Shown in pieces: positions 58,201 to 64,000 of a DNA stretch of 64,000 bases. Under the pieces are notes generated by a model. The model was not told the origin of the DNA. It ran no database searches and saw nothing but the letters and a program-made list of their open reading frames with translations. The first letter of the stretch is position 1. Each line of letters begins with the position of its first letter. The position numbers and the translations under genes are program-made. Source of the stretch: the human T2T-CHM13v2.0 reference genome, Homo sapiens; NCBI RefSeq assembly GCF_009914755.1, contig NC_060940.1. One strand, 5' to 3'.

Positions 58201-61200
58201 GATTCAATTCGATTCTATTCGATGATGATTCCATTGGATTTCACTTGATGATTCTATTCGATTCCATTCAATGATGATTCACTTCTCGTCCATTGGATGA
58301 TTCCATTTCATTCCATTCGATGATGATTCCATTCGATTCCATTCGATGATTCCATTTGATTCCATGCGACGGTGAGCAATTCGATTCAATTCCATGATGA
58401 TTCTATTTGATTCAATTAGATGATGTTTCCATTCGAATCCATTCCATGATTATTCCATTGGAATCCATTTGGCGATGATTCCATATGAGTCAATTCAATG
58501 ATGATTCCATATGGGTCCGTTCGATGATAATTCCATTTGATTTCATTCAATGCTTCTATTCTATTCCAGTCGATGATGATTCCGTTGGAGTCCATACGAT
58601 GATTCCATTTGATTTCATTTGATGATGATTCCATTCGATGATGATTACATTGGATTCCATTCTATGATTCCATTCAATTCCATTCGTTGATGATTCGATT
58701 CCATTCAATGATGATTCCATTTGAGTTCATTCGATGATTCTATTCGATTCCGTTCGATGGTGATTCAATTCTATTATATTGGATGATTCCACTCGATTCC
58801 ATTTGATGATTATTCCATTGGAGTCCACTTAGTGAATCCTTTAGATTCTACTCGAAGATGATTCCATTCGAGTCCATTCAATGATACCATTCAATTTCAT
58901 TCGTTGATGCTTCCATTCAAGTGCATTCGATGATATCATTCGATTCCATTTGATGATAATTCCATTTGATTCCATGCGATGATTCTATTCGATTCCATTC
59001 AATGATAATTCCATTCAATTCAGTGATTCCTCTGGACTCCATTTGATGATGATTCCATTCAATGATTCCATTCGATTCTATTCCAAAATGATTCCATTTG
59101 AATCCATTTGATGATGATTCCATTAGATTCCATTTGATGATTCCATTCGATTGCCTTTGACGATGATTCCATTCGATTCCATTTGATGATTCCATTCTAT
59201 TCTATTCGATGATGATTCCATTCGATTCCATTTGATGATGATTGGATTCGATTCCATTTGATGATTTCATTTGATTCCATTCTTTAATGATTTCGATCAA
59301 TTCCATTCGATGATTCCATTTGATTCCATTCGATAATGATTACATCCGAGTCCATTCGATGATTCCATTTGAGCCCGTTCGATAATTCCATTTGAGTCCA
59401 ATCAATGATTCCATTCATTTCCATTCAATGATTCCATTCGAGTCCATTTGATCATTCTGGTAGGGTCCGTTCGATGTTGATTCCATTGGAGTGCATTCGA
59501 TGATTCCAGTCGAGTCCATTTTATGATTTGATTCGAGTCCTTTCGATGATTCCATTCGATTCCACTCGATGATGATTTCATTCGAGTCCATTCGACACTT
59601 CCAATCGATTCCATTTGATGTTTCCATTCGAGTCCAATTGATGATTCCATTCAATTCCATTCGATGATGATTCCGTACGATTCCATTCTGTGATGATTCC
59701 ATGTGATTGCATTCCATGATGATTCCTTTCGATTGCATTCGATTATGATTCATTTCGTGTTCATTCTATGGTTCCACAGGTTTCCATTCGATGACGTTTC
59801 CGTTCGTGTCCATTCCATTATTCCATTCTATTTCATTTGATGATGATTCCATTCGATTCCATTCATTGGTGATTCCACTCAATTCCATTCAATGATTCCA
59901 TTCCATTTCTTTCAACAATGATTCCATTAGTTTCTATTCGATGATCCACTTGATTCCATTTGGCGATGATTCCATTCGTGTCCATTCGATGATTCCATTT
60001 GATTCCATATGATGATGATTCCATTCGATTCCATACCATGATGATTCCATTCGGGTCCATTCAATGGTGATTCCATTCAATTCCATTCGATGATTCCTTC
60101 CGATTCCATTCGATGATGATGGCATTCGATTCCTTTCAATCATTCCCTTTGATTCCATTCAAAGGTGATTTCATTCAAGTCCATTCGATAATTGCATTCG
60201 ATTCCATTCTATGATGATTCCATTCGAGTCCATTTGATGATTCCATTCAATTCAAGTCAATGATGATTCCATTCAATTCCACTCGATGATTCCATTGGAT
60301 TCCATTCGATGATGATTCCATTCAAATCCATTCGATAATTCAATTCAAGTCCATTCGATGATGATTCCAATCGAATCCATTCAAAGATTCCATTCAATTC
60401 CATTCGATGATGATTCCCTTAGATTCCATTCGATGATTCCACTTGATTCCATTTACGATGATTCCATTCGATTCCATGTGATGAATCCATTCAATTCTAT
60501 TCAATGATGTTTCCATTTGATTCCATTGGACCATGATTGCCTTTGATTCCATTCAATGATTCCATTCGGTTCCATTTGATGATGATTCCGTTCGATTCCA
60601 TTTCATTATTCCATTTGATTCCATTGGATGAGTCCATTCGATTACATTCGATGATTATTCCATTCGAGTGCATTAGATGATTGCATTCGAGTCCATTCGA
60701 TGATTCCATTCGATTCCATTCGATGTTGATTCTGTTCAAATCCATTCGATGATTCCACTCGATTCCAATCGATGACTCCATTTGATCCCATTCGATGATT
60801 TCCTGTGATTCCCTTTGATGATCATTCTATTTGATTCAATTCGGTGATTTCATTTCATTCCATTCAGTGATGTTTCCATTCGACTGTATTCGATGATGAT
60901 TCCATTCGACTCCATTCGATTATGATTTCATTCAATTCCATTCAATAATGATTCCCTTCGAGTCCATTCGATGATTCCATTCGATTCCATTCAACGATGA
61001 TTTGATTCGTTTCCATTCGATGATTCCATTTGATTCCACTTGATGATGATTCCATTCGAGTCCATTTGATGATTCCATTCGAGTCTATTTATGTATTATA
61101 TTCGTGTCCACTTCATGATTCCATTCAATTCCATTTAATGTTGATTCCATTTGATTCCATTTGATGATTCAGTTCGATTCCTTGCAATGATTCCCTACGA

Positions 61201-64000
61201 TTCCTTTCTCTGATGATTCCATTCGATTCCATTCATTGATGATTTCATTCGACTCCATTCGATGATGATTCCTTTCGATTCCATTTGACGATGTTTCCAT
61301 TCGAGTCCATTCGATGATGATTCTATTCAATTCTGTTCTATTATGATTCCATTCGATTTCATTCAATGCTTCTATTTGATTCCATTCGATGATGATTCCA
61401 TCTCTTTCCCTTCGATGATTCCATTTGATTCCATTCAGTGATGATTCCATTTGATTCCATCTGATGATGATTTCACTTGATTCCTTTCAATGATGATTCA
61501 ATTCAAGTCCATTCGATGATTCCATTGGAGTCCAAACGATCATTCCGTTCGATTCCATTCAATGGTGATTCCATTCATGTCCATTCGATGAATCCATTCA
61601 ATTCCATTCGATGATGACTCCATTCGAGTACATTCGATGATTCCATTTGATTCCATTTGAAGATGATTCCATTCAATTCCATTCGAAGATGATTCCATTC
61701 AATTCCATTCGATGATGATTCCGTATGAATCCATTCTCTGATTATTCCATTCGATTCCATTCATTGACGATTCCATTCAATTCCATTCAATGATGATTCT
61801 CTTCTATTCCATTCGATGATTCCGGTCGATTCCATTCGATGATGATTCCATTAGATTCCATTCGATTGTTGCATTCGATTCCCTTCGATGATGATTCCTT
61901 TGAATTCCATTCGATTATCATTCCGTATGAATCCATTTGATGATTATTCCATTGGATTCCTTTCGATGATGATTCCATTCGATTCCATTTGATGATGTTT
62001 CTCTTGTATTCCATTGGATAATTCCTTTCAGTTCCCTTCGATGATTATTCTTTCGAGTCAATTCGATGATTCTATTCCATTCCCTTCGATGATGATTCCA
62101 TTTCACTCCATTTGATGATTCCATTCGACTCAATTTGGTGATGATTCAATTCGATGACATTCGATGACTCCATTCAATTTCATTTGATGATGATTACATT
62201 CGAGTCCATTTGATGATTGTATTCCTTTCCTTTTGATGATTATTCCATTCGTGTCTATTCAAAGGTTCCATTCTATTCCATTCAATGATGATTGCATTTG
62301 ATTCCATTCAATGATTATGGCTATCGATTCCACTCGTTGATTCCATTTGATTCCGTTCGATGATTATTCCGTTAGATTCCATTAGAAGATTCCATTCGAT
62401 TTTATTCAATGATTCCAATGGATTCCATTCAATGATGATTCCATTCGACTCCATTCAGTGATTCCATTCGAGTCCATTTGATGATTCCATTCTTTTCCAT
62501 TTGATGATGATTCCATTAGGGTCCATTCAATGATTCCATTCGAGTCCATTCGTTAATGCCTTTCGAGTCCTTTTGATCACTACATTCGAGTCCATTCAAT
62601 GATTCTATTCGATTCCATTCCATGATGATTCCATTCGAGTTCATTCGATGATTGCATTCGAGTCCATTTGATGATTCCATATGATTCCCTTCGACAATGA
62701 TTCCATTCGTGTCCATTTGATGATTCCATTCATTTCCTATCGATGAAGATTCCATTCAAGTGTATTCGATGATTCCATTCAAATCCATTCGATGATGATT
62801 CCATTCCAGTCCATTCGATCATTCCACTTGATTCCATTTGATGACTATTCCATTCAAATCCATTTGATGATTCCATTCGATTCCATTCGATGTTACCATT
62901 CGAGTATATACGATGATTCCACTCGATTCCATTTGATGATTATTCCATTGGAGTCCACTTAGTGAATCCTTTAGATTCTACTCGAAGATGATTCCATTCG
63001 AGTCCATTCGATGATACCATTCAATTCCATTCGTTGATGCTTCCATTCAAGTGCATTCGATGATATCATTCGATTCCATTTGATGATAATTCCATTTGAT
63101 TCCATGCGATGATTCTATTCGATTCCATTCAATGATAATTCCATTCAATTCAGTGATTCCTCTGGACTCCATTTGATGATGATTCCATTCAATGATTCCA
63201 TTCGATTCTATTCGAAAATGATTCCATTTGAATCCATTTGATGATGATTCCATTGGATTCCATTTGATGATTCCATTCGATTCCATTCGATGATGATTCC
63301 ATTCGATTCCTTTTGATGATTCCATTCTATTGTATTCGATGATGATTCCATTCGATTCCATTCGATGATGATTGGATTCGATTCCATTTGATTCCATTCG
63401 ATAATGATTTCGATCAATTCCATTCGATGATTCCATTCGATTCCATTCGATAATGATTACATCCGAGTCCATTCGATGATTCCATTTGAGCCCGTTCGAT
63501 AATTCCATTTGAGTCCAATCAATGATTCCATTCATTTCCATTCAATGATTCCATTCGAGTCCATTTGATCATTCCGGTAGGGTCCGTTCGATATTGATTC
63601 CATTGGAGTGCATTCGATGATTCCATTCGAGTCCATTTTAGGATTTGATTCAAGTCCTTTCGATGATTCCATTCGATTCCACTCGATGATTTCATTCGAG
63701 TCCATTCGACACTTCCAATCGATTCCATTTGATGATTCCATTCGAGTCCAATTGATGATTCCATTCAATTCCATTCGATGATGATTCCGTACGATTCCAT
63801 TCTGTGATGATTCCATGTGATTGCATTCAATGATGATTCCTTTCGATTGCATTCGATTATGATTCATTTCGTGTTCATTCTATGGTTCCACAGGTTTCCA
63901 TTCGATGATGTTTCCATTCGTTTCCATTCCATTATTCCATTCTATTCCATTTGAAGATGATTCCATTCGATTCCATTCATTGGTGATTCCACTCAATTCC
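55229..64000 (+). repeat. Higher-order repeat unit 6 (type B, truncated by the window end)
   Basis: Collinear with unit 5 at offsets 9990 (47021->57011), 9892 (49025->58917 through 53155->63047) and 9879 (53640->63519). Confidence 0.9.

Larger units (their letters stand above)
1..64000 (+). repeat. Human satellite II (HSat2/HSATII)-type pericentromeric tandem array, CATTC strand on +
   Basis: Continuous diverged ATTCCATTCG ATTCCATTCG ATG(ATG) modules (23/26 bp) with frequent CATTCGAGTC and CATTCGATTC and abundant TCGA. This is the HSat2 signature rather than the near-pure (CATTC)n of HSat3. No non-satellite stretch was seen. Confidence 0.97.

Noticed and set aside
209-63867. Very many minus-strand ORFs of 60-193 aa (MESNGIIEWNRMESS-like)
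   Set aside because: They are translations of the GAATG/ATC satellite strand, which is stop-poor and ATG-rich, while the + strand has TGA in almost every module. They overlap in all three frames, are low-complexity and recur with the repeat period.
1-64000. CRISPR-like repeat-spacer array
   Set aside because: There are no unique spacers between conserved repeats and no cas genes. All intervening sequence is satellite.
1-64000. HSat3 or alpha satellite / CENP-B boxes
   Set aside because: Pure (CATTC)n runs are only about 3 copies long and CATTCGATTC plus ATG modules dominate. No 171-bp period or CENP-B box was seen.
1-64000. Transposon insertion, inversion or hidden unique island
   Set aside because: No poly(A), Alu/L1/LTR-like sequence or GAATG-oriented tract was seen on +. 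Odd-looking motifs (GGTAGGGTCCG, GGTTCCACAGG, TTGCTTTGTTTT) are mutated monomers recurring in each unit.
1-64000. Specific chromosome, subfamily or species assignment
   Set aside because: This cannot be supported without mapping to reference assemblies or subfamily k-mer sets.

Overview
The whole 64 kb window is one uninterrupted block of classical satellite II (HSat2/HSATII-type) pericentromeric DNA, most likely human or great ape. It is built from diverged (ATTCCATTCG)1-2(ATG)1-2 modules of 13/16/23/26 bp, with the CATTC strand on + throughout. I saw no genes, RNA genes, transposon insertions or inversions, and the listed ORFs are artefacts of the stop-poor GAATG strand. The real structure is higher-order. 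A rare landmark (TCCATTCGCTTGCATTCG) recurs at 9, 12651, 25316, 37157, 45077 and 55237. The left ~33 kb is a near-identical 12,665-bp higher-order repeat (type A). After a transitional third unit, the right ~27 kb switches to a rearranged family (type B, local period 9,892 bp) made of the same blocks with large deletions, a changed block order, an internal ~4.1-kb duplication and a transplanted patch. I found no new protein-coding or RNA system. Alignments were done by eye using rare k-mers and ORF-track offsets, so breakpoints are approximate (about +/-20-30 bp).
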